From contig OZ024741.1 of NCBI GenBank assembly GCA_964016885.1, positions 75,020,001 to 75,084,000 of the forward strand: a stretch of 64,000 nucleotides of DNA. Direction: 5' to 3'. Position numbers and translations under genes: made by a program. Positions within the stretch are counted from its first letter, which is position 1. Each line of letters starts with the position of its first letter. Positions 13,417-27,194 of the stretch are shown here, one piece after another. Origin of the DNA: Eledone cirrhosa (Eukaryota). The notes under the pieces are model-generated. The model made no database searches, was not told the origin of the DNA, and saw nothing but the letters and a program-made list of their open reading frames with translations.

Positions 13417-13463
13417 GCCCTGATGATTTCAAATGAAATGAAACAGTTCTTGTCCTGTAGAAG
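13417..13463 (+). ncRNA. Hammerhead-like motif
   Basis: CTGATGA tttc aaat gaaat GAA acag ttcttgtc ctgt A. Stems II and III are intact, stem I is weak, and it abuts (TA)n. Confidence 0.55.
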
Positions 13464-13465
13464 TA

Positions 13466-13511
<46 letters not shown>

Positions 13512-13594
13512 GCAAGTATATATATATATATACATGCATGTATATATATATATATATTTATATATGTGCATGAATAAATATATATGTATGTATG

Positions 13595-13630
<36 letters not shown>

Positions 13631-13647
13631 TATGTATTTATATGTGA

Positions 13648-13689
<42 letters not shown>

Positions 13690-14534
13690 GCTCACACCCA
13701 CACATACATATGCTAGTATTTATTACACTGCACTATCTTAGTATATATAATCGGGCCGCCAGATTTGTTTACTCCTAAGGAATCAAAGGGGAATTAATTA
13801 CGTGAAATTAAACTATGAAAGGAATGTGTTGTCATTGAGAAAAACTATGATAAAATCAGTTAACAATCTTACACATTGGTAGTCAAGCCCTTCTGTTTTA
13901 TATGAGGTTTAATATTGGGTGACAAGCATGAACAATAACAATAGAGATTCTATATAGCTGTGACACTGCTAGTGGTGGTTCAGTAGAATTGTGGTAGTGA
14001 TGTTGGTAGCGGATGGTGTTACGGGGCTGTTGTTGTTTTATGGTGGTGATAGTGATGTGGGTGGTAATGGATGATGGTCTGTGGCATTGGTGGGTGGAGA
14101 TAGTTTGTGGTTGATAGTGTTGTTGGTGATAATGGTTGGTGGTAATGTTGTTGCTTACTAGTGGTAGTGGTGAGTGCCGGGGCTCGTATTGTTGATTGGG
14201 AGAGGTGGTTTTATTACTGCTATCAATGGTGTTAGAATTACTGCTATTGTTGATTGTAATGTAATGACTTTGTTGTTGGTAGTGATGATGTTGGTAGTGT
14301 TGTTGTTGGTGATGATGGTGTTGTTGTGGAGGGTGTTGTTGTTATTGGTGCTGTTGTTGTTTGTGGTAGTGTTAGTGTTGGTGAAAATGTTGTTCATCAT
14401 ATAATTTGTTACAGATAAAAATACATGCAAGAAAATCTAACTGACTTTTTTCTTACTAAATACGATTTTGGGTTTCAAATCTTATGTGAAATTGTTTCAA
14501 TGTCTGGGCCATGATTTGCAGATATTATTTCAAT

Positions 14535-14712
14535 TGGTGGCAGCATAAAGTTACAACCCTTTATGTTCTGAGTTTAAATCTTGCCGAGGTTAGCTTTGCA
14601 ATTATCCTCACTGGGTCGATAAAATAAAGTACCACTAACACACTGGAGTCGATTTAATCGACTTTCCCCTCCCCCAAAATTGTTGGCCTTGTGCCTAAAT
14701 CAGAAATTATTA
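14535..14712 (+). mobile_element. tRNA-derived SINE
   Basis: Same core and 3' end as the other copies. Confidence 0.75.
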
Positions 14713-16439
14713 TTTTAATTTTAAAAAATAAATCAGTGTTTAAAGTGCTGCAAGTTTTTGACCAGCGTCTGTCTTAAAGGAACTAATTCTGAATTAAAGA
14801 ATATATGGTTACTAATACCTGCAGGTTGACCCTGATCATATATGAAGAGCCATTGAATAATAGATTTTATGTGTATTCAAATTAGTTATGAATTACAAGG
14901 TATGAACTTCAGGAGTCAATATTGTTTTAAGGAGTAGATTTAATCTATCGCCTGGTTTAACACCACAACATTGTATTAGGTTGATTGTAGCAGAATTCAC
15001 TCTTTTGTTCTTGGTAGGCATAATCTACCAGCTTGTTTAAGACTATGGATCAGCCATGTGGTACATTTAACAGAGTTTATGCCATTGCATGCATTCAGAC
15101 CAGATCTTCGTTTTCAAGATGTCTCCGCTTTCTCCATTCTAATAGTCTTCATGTCCCTGAGAATGATCATGTACACTGTGCTTTCCTCTCTAACTAAACA
15201 TATGTTTACAATATGATAAATGTATTTAAAATACACCAGTATGAGTGTTTTATTATGCTGAAGCTTGATGTGTAAATATTTTTCTTTAAGCCTAATATAT
15301 AATTTGATACACACAAAAATGAAACTTGACTTAAAATCCACTTAACAACCCACATTGTTTCCTCTGCATATTACACTTGCTGTTCCTGCTGTTGTTTAAC
15401 CCCAGGTCATACTCCATGGATTAGGTCATTTTTCCTAACATCCCCCCCCTCCCATACACCTTTTAGAAAATATTTTAACTGTAAAGCTGATAAAAATAAA
15501 AATTAAATTCTAATAATTTTTTTATTTTATTTTATTTAAGCATTTATCGAATAACTAAAGGTGACAGCAACTACTAATTTGTATTCCTTGTCCCTTTCCT
15601 CCCTCACCACTCCATAGCTTCCAGTATCTCTCCTGAGTCTTTCTATGTCTTCAAGGATCTGTAAGCACCCTCTTGAACTACTTTTTGTATGAAACTGTCT
15701 GAAATTAACCCTGGTTCTATGATACTAAATTGTTTGCTTAGAGCATGGCTTGTGAAAGCATTCTACACAGACTCCTAGAGATAAATAAAAGGTTAGTGGT
15801 CCACAGGGGTGGATTTAGTAGTTTGCATTTTTTAATCCATTTACAACAAGGGAACAGAAATCACTGGATCATGTAGACTAACTACCCATAGTAAAATGCC
15901 TGATTTGGTGTAATGGCTACTAATGTCATTCCTGAACAACCCATTCAAAACGAATGGGTGGTTAAAATGAACAAACAATTATACTCTAACTGAAAAGCTC
16001 CAGATCTTTTCAGCTTCATTAACAATGCATATAACCTTATTTTCCTAAAAGAAAACATTTAAAAACAACTATATTTTAAACAAATTAAATTATAAAAACA
16101 CTAAATTCTAAAATATTCCTTTCTGTAACCAGTTTTTTAATTGTACTTTTTGTACCATAACCAAATAAGTTTGTAACATTCCTTTATTGTGGTAGGTTTT
16201 CGTGCAACATTCAATTTAATAACATCACGATCATCATTTTTATCATCATCAGCACCATCATCAGCATCATCATCATTATCGTCCGTGCCATAATCACCTT
16301 CATCTTCGTCGTCATGGACATCGTCATCAACATCTCTGTGAAATTAAATAAAGTATCTGCAATACCTGATGTATGGAAGATGAAATAGTTACTAACTGTA
16401 AGTTATTAATCCGTATGGTGAGCAAATGGGGTCCCACAT

Positions 16440-16900
16440 GCTGGCCTCCCCACAGCCCCGGCAGACAGGATGGAGAAGGCATTTCCCCAGATGATGGTAA
16501 GAGAGATGCACTGGAAGAGCTATTCCAACTCGTGAGGCTCACACCTGCAGCTGGCCAGCTCAGTGCCTATGGTGGTGAATAGGGAGGTAGCCCTAGGGCC
16601 AAGGACACCAGAACACTCCACTACCAAGTGCATGAGCGCAAACCTGTCAGAGAGCAACCAGTACTTGGAGAGTTTGGCCTCCTTAGCCCGACGTGCAGCA
16701 GCACCTGAGTTAGTCGCAGACTGCACCAGGTTGCGGCTGGAGAAAGTGTCGCTGCAAGTAGCATCCCAGACGAGGGGTTTGCCACCGTGGAATGGGAAGA
16801 TGGGCTTACCGTCTGCCCTTTTGCCTTCACCTCAGTCCAGCTCTACCAGTTCGAGCTGAGAGGGGAAGCCTGCAGCGTCCAAGCCATGCTTAATGACCTT
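16440..16900 (-). mobile_element. CRE-like non-LTR retrotransposon 3' end (RLE domain)
   Basis: Minus translation includes GKPLVWDATCSDTF...AARRAKEAKLSKY...VECSGVLGP...EP..LE.LFQ.ISL...GNAFSIL. Confidence 0.75.
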
Positions 16901-17177
16901 GTTGAGACGTTTTTAGTAAAAAAGAGATTATTTAATAAGAATACAAATCCCCATCAACATCAGCTAAAATCTGTTTCCCTGCTAGCAAGGGTTGACTGGG
17001 TCATCACAGTCCATGTTAGCACTCTAACAGAGCTACTGACATCTCAGGTAAGTTTCAGGGATGTCCACATTTTGCTTACATTCTCACACTGTACCCAATA
17101 CTTGACACTCTTTCTGACAGACTGAGGAATAGCATCTTGCTTACATATATTCCTGCATTCTACTAAGATTTAAAACA

Positions 17178-17600
17178 ATGGATTTTTTTACACTTGCAAA
17201 TGAAATAAATGTAAAAGCCTCTTTTTATCTGGCAAACTTATATAGTAAATTTAATGAAATCCAAAATAGAATACAAGGAAACGATGTCACATTTATTGAG
17301 GCAAACACTGTTATTTTAAGATTCAGGCTAAATTTGGTTTATACAAATCTACTTTGGAGCAACACAACTTCCAGTATTATAGAACCCTCTATAAATAATC
17401 AATATAACTTGTATAGATATACAAGTGATATTGAGAATTTGCAAAAAGATTTTAAAACTTGGTTCAAGCATCTTCTAAACATAAAAGTTCCCTAATGGAT
17501 TATTTTTCCATTTGATATTGATGTGGGAAGTGCAAATGTAGTATCTCTCTTAAAGAAGAACTTATTGAAAAGACCTTCAATCACGAAGTGAAATCTATGT
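17178..17600 (+). mobile_element. Decayed hAT (Charlie/Buster-like) transposase fragment
   Basis: FYLANLYSKFNEIQNRIQGNDVTFIEA resembles the hAT motif YLaDIF..LN.ln..LQG. Confidence 0.55.
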
Positions 17601-17649
17601 TCACATTTAAAGAAATTGAATATCCACAAAGGCACTGTTCTCAGCCCTT

Positions 17650-19010
17650 TCCTGTTTATTATTATCCTCCAGGCCATAACAGTATAAAGATGGTTGCCTA
17701 TGAGAACTCCTGCATATTGATGATCTAGTTCTTATAGCTGAATCTGTGGCAAAAGTAGAGAAGTAATTTCAAATCTGGAAGTAAAATGTTTATAAGCCAA
17801 CTTGGCAAAGACTGAAATCCTAGTAAGTAGAAAAGAAAACAGCCTTGGTGTCCTCAGGAAATGGCTCTGCTCAGTATGAGGAAAAGGGTAGTTAGAAATA
17901 CCATCTATGTTCTGAATGTAAACTATAGGTACACAAGAAATGTAGCAGGATCTCAAGAGGCTTGTAAAGAATGTAGGCTTTGTGCACAGGAGCAATAACA
18001 AGAACCCACACAAAACAAGCTCAATCACATACTCAGTGGGCTCTGTAGAAGTAGTCAACTGCTTTTCTTACCTGGGTGACTAATTTAGCACTGGAGATGA
18101 GTGTTCTCTAAGTACAGCTGCTAGAGTGAAAATGGAGTGGAGTGGAAAAAAAATCAAGGGAACTACTGTCACTGCTAGTTATAAAAGGTTTTTCTTTCAA
18201 AATAAAAAACAGATTGTATGATGCTTGTGTGTGAATAGCAATACTGCTTGAGAGGAAGATGGACTCTGTGTGCAGATGACCTATGAAGATTGGAGAGAAA
18301 TGAAGTAAGTATGCTCCAGTGGATGTGTAATAAGTGTGTACATGAATGACAAAGCATCAAGGAACTGAGAGCGAAACTGAGCATAAAAGGGGTTTTCTGC
18401 CTGGCATAGTCTCTAGATGGTGGGAAGTAGATGTCTGTTGATGTACACCCCTCCCCATTCTATAGCCCTGTTACAACTCTCCTGTCCAACCCAAATATGC
18501 ATGCATGGAAAGCCAGATATGTTCCACATCTACTCTCCCATAGTGCTGTTGTCCTGACAAAAATTGCCAGTTCAACTTGTACAATGGTAGAGCTGGTGCA
18601 CTCAGTGGAATGGTAAGGTAGTCATGCAAGTGCCACAATAAAGCACACAGTCCACTCTGTAAGGTGCATGTTCTGGTGCCATGGTAAAAAGCACCCAGTC
18701 CACTCTGTAAAGTGGCTGTGTTGGTACCATGATAAAAAGGCACTCAGACCAACCTGCTAGGTGGTCATCCTGATGCCATGGCCAAAAAACACCCAATCCA
18801 CCCTGTAAGTTGTAGTGGTGGTGCCATGAGAAAAGCTACCAATATTTATTGTAATATGGCTGGCATTTGGAATGGCATCTTGCCATAGAAAGCCAAACCA
18901 AAAACAAATTTGTATGAACAACACATGGTCACCTAACCTGGCTGGTTTCATAACATAAGCCGTTTAACCCATGCAAGTATGGAAAATAGATGTTAAATGG
19001 TGATGATGAT
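17650..19010 (+). mobile_element. Decayed RTE-clade LINE 3' part
   Basis: Degenerate PxELLxxDDL, WxCSV, FSYLGD and RLERNEVSMLQWMC motifs. The 3' end acccatgcaagtatggaaaa...(gat)n matches other copies. Confidence 0.75.
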
Positions 19011-21842
19011 TAATGGATGAAATGAAAAAACTAGCAAAATATCTAACGTTTTGTGCAACTGGTTTAATCAATGTTACTAACTTTTCCAAGTTTACATATG
19101 ATGGAATCTACTGAATTATTTACTAAACAATCAGAAAAGTGCTTTCAATGTAAAATGTGGTGATTTGTGGTTCAAACTCACTGTGTTAACAGTTTTCAGA
19201 GAGCTAATGTTGTCTTCTACTCATCAATTGTTGATGCTTCTTACTGCATTCAATATGTTAAGACTAACTTAACTATTTTCATGCAGATAGTATATCTGGA
19301 GAAATAATTTTAATTATATTTTAAAAAAAACTATTTTTATAAATACTAATACATAATTCACTGTTTTATGAAAGGAATAAGCAATATAGTTTCTTCAAAC
19401 AAATTGTAATTGCAATAGCAATGTTTGTAGATTACACACATACATATTTGTGCAGTAAAATATAAGGATTAAAAACAATACAAAAACAAAGAAGAAAAAA
19501 TATATTCACGCTCTGACAGCTAAACGAATTTTAAAAGCTACTCTTGGGATGCGTTGGTGGAACTTTTTAAGAAATCCTTCGGAAAGTTTTGTTGGGTAAT
19601 ATGAGATATGTCTTGCACTTGACCGACTTAAAATATCATGATTTTTCCACCTAGGCTTCAGGATGGTGTCTTGTTCAGATAATCAAAATGAACAGCTGTA
19701 ATGCTATGTGCAAGATTTGCTTACAGAACAATTGGTATTGTTTAACAAGCTCAGTTTGTAACTAAATGGTTCTGGGTATGAAATTGGAGCATGGTACAAC
19801 ACGGGGTAATGATGGGTGATAGATTTAATTGGGTGGTAGACTTTGTCATCTGGTCTAACAACAACACCATCTTTTTCTTGGATGCCTTTAGTTAAGCATG
19901 ATCTGTTGCATGTATTCAGACCAAGTTGCCAGTTTGAGGATGTCTTCTTTTTCTACTGCCCAGAAGATATATATACACTGAAGCCTGTATGTATGGAACT
20001 GGTGGAATTGTAGGGATGCCAAAGTAGCATACAGAGTTTCTGATGTAGTTTAAACCTGGCAGAGCCCATTTCACTCCAGATATGAACACAGCTGATTTCT
20101 CTCAGAGAAAGAGACTGTGTGTGATAGAGAGGAAGTGAGAAAAAGATATAGAGGAAGAATCAACCTTAGTACTGAATTAGTACTTGTAAAAAAAGTTCAA
20201 AAAGATGAAAGACAAAATTGACCTTCGAAGGATTTGAACTCAGTGTGCAGAGAGCCAAAACGAATAGCATAAAGCATTATATCTGACATTCTGATGGCTC
20301 AGTCAATTTGTCACCTATACACTGAATGATGCTTGATTAGAGATCGATGTTTTAACTTAAGATGTTTTATTTGTACTCATGTGTCACATGTGTTTTGCAA
20401 ATGATCAGCTCATAGCCTTAATTGATTATATTCAGCCCTGAGTCTGGATCGATTTGTTCATCAGACTCAATGGAGATCATAATTTGAGTAAATTCACCCG
20501 TGTAAGGCATCAAACTTGCCTATATATAGTATTTTGACCATACCTGGATGTGATATTAAGTATTGGTGGGATTCATGTGAGATTGCCCACATACTACAAT
20601 TAATCTGATCGGGTGTGAGGTTGAAGTGAGGACCATAATGAAAAGAATACAAAACTATAAGCTACAGTAATGCCAGGAATAGGTGTATGTTGGTATGTAT
20701 ATATGAGTGAAAATAGATAGGCAGAACCTGCTGAAAGCCCATTAGATGGACTGTATCTCTAATTCAGAAGGCCAGTCTGTTGCACACTGTAACATTAAAT
20801 CTTACTGAGAATTACATTATGTGTGCATGTGTCTGTGGGATGCTCAGCTAGTGGCATGATAATTTCAGAAGCAGAGAGATACTTTATTCAGCAGTAACCT
20901 GGCAAATTCAACAGATCCAAACTCCATTGCCTGACAATCCAAAGATTGCAAGCTGTCATAGTATTGGATACTCTCTGAGAGGTTTATCATCAAACTCAAA
21001 ACAGTGGAAACATCTGGTATCCTGGGTACTAGAACCATTTTCCTACTTATTGTGATCAATATGGAAATGGCAATCTTCATGAATGAATCTCCTTCGTTTT
21101 TCAGAGTAATGTATTTTCCTTTTTGTCCACTGGGATCATGAGGTAACACCCACCTGATGTTTTGCAAAGAACATAAGATGGTTGTATTTCTTAGTGGCAT
21201 CTGAATACATAGCATGTAGTTCCCTTGTATAGGCAGAAAATTGGTATAGAATGTTGGATAGAATGTTTTGTGGTATTCATTCTGGCTCTCTTCTTTCTGA
21301 GTTCAAAACCCACCGACGTCAACTTTTCTTTTTGTCCTTTTGAGGTCAGTAAAAAAAAGTACCAGTCTTGTACTGGGGTCGATTCTTCCTCTATATCTCT
21401 ATTTCACTTTTTCTCATACACTTTCTCTTTCTCTGAAAGAAATTAGCTGTGTTCAGACCTGGAGAGGGGTAAACACATACCAGGTTTAAAAACCCATGGT
21501 ATCCTGTATGTCACTATAGCATCCCTACAAATCCATAGAGATCCAGGTTCATACATACAATTCCCTTTCTTAATGTCTTTCTTTTATCCTGATTACTTAA
21601 AGCAATAACACACACACTCTCTCTCTTTCTCTCTGCCTTGTTAGATTATTGATACAGAAAGGCAATCAGATGATTGATACTTTGTGGTTGAATTATTTCA
21701 TTATTTGTTGCATCTTTTTGTTTCTCTAACAATTCCACAGAGAATTCAAGGCTTATAAATCAGCTTTTGTAATCTATTGATTTCATCAAAGTTTGGGGAT
21801 TTTCAGTTGCTCAATCCTTCATTAGTGTGGAGACTGTAAAAG

Positions 21843-21876
<34 letters not shown>

Positions 21877-22149
21877 CAAAAAACCAAAATCAAAATCAAA
21901 GCAGCACAGCAACAACGAAAAACGTAAAGAAAAGAAAAATGAAGAGAAAAACAAACAGACGGACAGAGAAGGGAAGGGAAAAACTAAGTCAGACATTCAA
22001 ACATTACATTACAATGAAACTTATGCTTATTCATTTTTGGTTTTTTTTTTGCCTGTTTGTTTGTTTGTTTATTTATGTTTGTCTACAGCGTGATAATGCC
22101 ACACAAAAATCACCGGGAGTGATGAAATCACTGGTGGTTATGTAACCAT

Positions 22150-25100
22150 ACACTCACCAATCCTCGATAAGAGTGTTTAAATGTCGAACCTAAACAGTTC
22201 GAATAACGGTGAAGTGGAGACTAGAATGTCATGTGACAGACTCTCACCCAGCAAGTGCTCCCTGGCTCAGCAGCAGGGACCTGGCTGTCAACCAAATACT
22301 GCTGGTGTCGGAGGAAGAAGAAGAAGAAGGCAAGGGACCAGAACCAACTGGACGAAAGAATTGAATAGAACTGTTATGCAATGTTACCTGAAGAGTAACC
22401 CCAAGGAGAAAGGCTATAGGAAACGGATGCATAACATCTGGAACGAGATTGGTCTATTTAAATTAGATGAACAAAAATTGGCCGGGCAGGCTCGGGTAAT
22501 AAGAACTAATGGGTAGATAAGCGAGCTGGAACTGGAGGAACTGAGCAGAGAGATTAGGTTGGAAATGGAGAGTGGAGTATGCCAGGCAAACGAGCCAAGG
22601 GGAAATGAAGGTGAAGAGGTTGAGAGAACGGAGGAACCATCCGAAGCAGACAATGATCTGAATGCTGAAATAAATAATACCTGGAACAAAGATACGGCCA
22701 TTGAGGAGATGAATGCTGACGGGCTAGGACAAGATTTGGTTGATATCCTAAACTTAGTGGTAGATGAAATGAACAACGATAGTGGGAAACCTATGAACCT
22801 AAGATTTGTAGACAGGAAAAAGTTAAAAGAAACAACAGCTAAGGTAAACAAAGTCATCCCATACCATGAGGCGAGGAGCCTTCACCAGTGCAACAATATC
22901 CTCAAAGCAACAGCAAATGCGGTGAGGAAATTACTTGGTATAAAAGCGAGAGGAAACAACAAACAAGAAAGATCAGAGCCTTGGTGGAAGAAACGACTGA
23001 ATGGTCAAATCAGGGAAATGAGAAATGACATTGGAAAGCTTGAGTCCCTACTGAATGGGACACTACAAAATATAGACACTAAAAATAGACTGGAAATAAA
23101 GTACAAAACTAGGAGGAAAAAGCTAAATATTATCATAGAGGAACTGAAGCAACGCATAGTAGCAAAGAGTGCAAAAATTAGGCGATACGAGAGTAGAGTC
23201 AGTCAGTATAGACAGAACCGCATGTTTGACAACAACCAGAAGATGCTGTTTGGACAGCTTGAAGGGAAACAAAGAGGCAACGACTTGATCCCTGAGGCGG
23301 AACAAACTAAAACATTCTGGAGAGGAATATGGGAGCAGGATGTTAAACATAATGACCAGGCAGTGTGGATTGAGACAGTACAGAAGGAGATTAGTGAACA
23401 GGCACACCAACAAACTGATTTGAGTATCACAGTTGAAACTCTTAAGGGGCAGGCCAAAAAACTAACCAACTGGAAATCACCAGGCCCAGATGGTGTGCAG
23501 GGGTATTGGATTAAAAATATAACATCCCTCCACCCGAAACTGACAACCATGTTCAATGACTGCTTGATGTCAGGTGAGGTACCAGAGTGGTTGACAAAAG
23601 GTACCACAGTTCTGGTAATGAAAGACCGAATCAAGGGTAATGATGTTACCAACTATAGACCTATCACATGTCTGTCCGTAATGTGGAAACTGTTGACAAG
23701 CATTGTGTCTGAGGAAATCTACCATCACCTCCACACAAACAACTTGTTACCGGATGAACAGAAAGGATGTCAAAAGAAGTCCCGTGGTACAAAGGACCAG
23801 TTACTTATTGTTAAGATGGTAATGAGGAATTGCAAGAGGAGACACACTGGTCTTGCCATGGGATGGATAGACTACAAAAAGGCATTTGACATGGTGCCTC
23901 ATTCTTGGATCACCAAAAGCCTAGAGATCTTCAAGGTGGCAGATAACATCAGACAGTTGTTGAGCAAAAGTATGAAGTACTGGAAAACAGAGTTAACATC
24001 AGCTGGAGAATCCTTGGGAGGCGTGAAGATCAAGAGAGGTATCTTCCAGGGAGATAGTCTGTCCCCTCTGTTGTTTGTCCTTGCCCTGATGCCCCTGACC
24101 ATTATACTGCGAAAAGTGAGAGCAGGATACAAGTTGGGAAAGGGAGAGTTTACCATCAATCACCTCCTCTTTATGGATGATCTTAAGCTCTTTGGGAAGA
24201 GTGAGAAGGAGTTGGATGTACTTGTTGACACTGTCCGTATTTTCAGCAATGATATATGTATGCAATTTGGTATTAGTAAATGTGGAGTCCTGGTGATGAA
24301 GAGGGGTAAATTGAGAAGAAGCAACGGAATCCAGGTACCAACAGGTGAGATGATAAAGGAAATTGACACTGAAGAAGGATACAAGTGTTTGGGTGTTCTG
24401 GAGGCTGATGACATCAAGAACAAACAAATGAAGGAATTGATAAGATCTGAATACATTCGGAGAGTAAGGAGCGTATTAAAGTCACATCTGAACAGTAGGA
24501 ATGCCATAAGTGCAGTAAATTCCTGAGCTGTGCCTATTATTAGGTACAGTGCGGAAATTCTGAGATGGAATGTTGCTGAACAAAAAGAAATGGATAGGAA
24601 GACTAGGAAGCTATTGACTATCTACAACAGAAATATATCTACAACATGTTCCACAAGAGGAGTGATGTCGATAGACTCTACTTAAGGAGATCTGAAGGTG
24701 GAAGAGGTCTTATTAGCATAGAGGACTGTGTTCAGATGGAGAAAAACAACCTACGCAAATATGTGACTGATAGTAAGGAGCCAATGCTCAGAATTGTACT
24801 GAAGGAGAGGACAATAGACCAGGGGATGTCCAAGGAGGAAATAACAACAAGGAGAAAGAGCAGCCTTCATGAAAAATCCCTTCATAGTACCTTCTTTGAG
24901 AAAACTGAATTCAGAGATCCGCAGACATGGAACTGGTTGAAAATAGGAGACCTTAAAAAGGCTACAGAAGGAATGCTAATGGCTGCGCAAGAGCAGGCCC
25001 TCAAAACGAAGTGGCTGAAACACCATATTTACAAGGAGGAGGCTTGCCCACTGTGCAGGATCTGTGGAGAGAGAGAGGAGACTGTGGCTCACATTGTATT

Positions 25101-25691
25101 CGAGTGTAAACACCTAACCCAGACTCACTATAAAGTCTGGAGACATGATGTGATGGGCAGGGTGATCAACTGGCACCTATGCAAAGTAAACAATTTACCA
25201 CATTCTGAGAAGTGGTATGAGCATAAGCCAGAGTCGGTGATAGAAAACGATCATGTGAAGGTGCTGTGGGAATTTAGGATACAGATGGACAAGAAACTGG
25301 AACACAATAGACCTGACCTGGTGGTTTTGGACAAGGAAAAAAGATCGTGCCTGATTGTGGATGTGGCCTGCCCATTCGACACGAGAGTGCAAGAGAAGGA
25401 GAGGGAGAAAATTAACCGATACCAGGACTTAAAGTGGGAGGTTAAAAGGATTTGGAACTGCCATGAGGTCAAAGTGGTCCCGATTGTCATAGGCGCACTA
25501 GGTACTATCTCAAGGAGTTTCCAGAAATTTGGCCCCGCCCTGCTTTTTGGAACACTTCAAAATGCATGCTTGCTGGGAATAGCAAGAACCCTCCGATACA
25601 TCTTGAATATCTGAGGCTGCAGTTAGTGGCTTGATATTCATTTCAACAAACTTTCCAGTTAACTAACATCAATGACTGAGACTCAAAGAAC

Positions 25692-25742
<51 letters not shown>
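22150..25742 (+). mobile_element. Near full-length R4/Dong-clade non-LTR retrotransposon (RT + CCHC + restriction-like endonuclease) with (TAA)n tail
   Basis: ORF pieces 22181-22516, 22559-24526 and 24646-25614 contain KSPGPDG, NYRPITCL, WIDYKKAFD, GIFQGDSLSP, LFMDD, CRICGEREETVAHIVFEC, RHD and NRPDLVV..D..K. Tail (TAA)n at 25693-25742. Confidence 0.92.
22181..25614 (+). pseudogene. R4/Dong polyprotein ORF, disrupted
   Basis: In-frame stops at 22514 (TAG) and 24524 (TGA), both at likely Trp codons. A short duplication of tctacaaca near 24620-24646 shifts the frame. Confidence 0.88.
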
Positions 25743-25743
<1 letters not shown>

Positions 25744-25936
25744 GTAGTAACCATAATGTCTGTTTCTGGTTGTTTCGCTACTCCATATAATGTAACCATT
25801 CATGTAACCATCTTTCTTTACCTTAATTTATATTCCTTTTGAAGTTCCGACGAACTGCTCCAATATTTCCTAAGTTAATTATCTTCAACTGAACCAGATC
25901 AATAATGATCTATGATCATTTGATCCAGAAACATTA

Positions 25937-26969
25937 GGAGTGATGTCGATAGACTCTACTTAAGGAGATCTAAAGGTGGAAGAGGTCTTATCAGCATAGA
26001 GGACTGTGTTCAGATGGAGAAAAATAACCTACACAAATACGTGACTGATAGTAGGGAGCCAATGCCCAGAATAGTACTGAAGGAGAGGACAATAGACCAG
26101 GGATGTCCAAGGAGGAAATAACAACAAGGAGAAAGAGCAACCTTCATGAAAAATCCGTTCATAGTACCTTCTTTGAGAAAACTGAATTTAGAAATCCACA
26201 GACATGGAACTGGTTGAAAAGAGGAGACCTTAAAAATGCTACAGAAGGAATGCTAATGGCTGCGCAAGAGCAGGCCCTCAAAACGAAGTGGCTGAAACAC
26301 CATATTTACAAGGAGGCTAGCCCACTGTGTAGGATATGTGGAGAGAGAGAGGAAACTGTGGCTCACATTGTATCCAAGTGTAAACACCTAGCCCAGACTC
26401 ACTATAAAGTCTGGAGACATGGTGTGATGGGCAGGGTGATCCACTGGCACCTATGCAAAGTAAACAATTTACCACATTCTGAGAAGTGGTATGAGCATAA
26501 GCCAGAGTCGGTGATGGAAAACGATCAGGTGAAGGTGCTGTGGGATTTTAGGATACAGATGGACAAGAAACTGGAACACAATAGACCTGACCTGGTGGTT
26601 TTGGACAAGGGAAAAAGATCGTGCCTGATTGTAGATGTGGCCTGCCCATTCGACACGAGAGTGCAAGAGAAGGAGAGGGAGAAAATTAACCGATACCAGG
26701 ACTTAAAGTGGGAGGTTAAAAGGATTTGGAACTGCAATGAGGTCAAAGTGGTCCCGATTGTCATAGGCGCACTAGGTACTATCTCAAAAAGTTTCCAAGG
26801 ATGGTTAAAGAAAATTGGTCCCGCCCCGCTTTTTGGAACACTTCAAAATGCATGCTTGCTGGGAACAGCAAGAACCCTCCGATACGTCCTGAATATCTGA
26901 GGCTGCAGTGGCTTGATATTCATTTCAACAAACTTTCCAGTTAACTAACATCAATGACTGAGACTCAAA

Positions 26970-27023
<54 letters not shown>
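25937..27023 (+). mobile_element. 5'-truncated second R4/Dong copy
   Basis: Near-identical to 24658-25742. ORF 26103-26900 holds the zinc finger and RLE; ends in a (TAA)n tail. Confidence 0.92.
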
Positions 27024-27027
<4 letters not shown>

Positions 27028-27194
27028 GCTGATGATATTAAAAACAGCCCTTATTTTGTGCAAGACATCGATTCATAGCACAAAACAATCTCCTCCCACA
27101 ACACCCACCCCATAAAATAAAAAAACATACATTACACATAATATACACAATAGAACAAACAGTAAAATAACACGAGAAACAAGCTACACCCCCA

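Noticed and set aside
20865-21215. 116-aa ORF
   Set aside because: No recognisable motif or splice support; length is compatible with chance.
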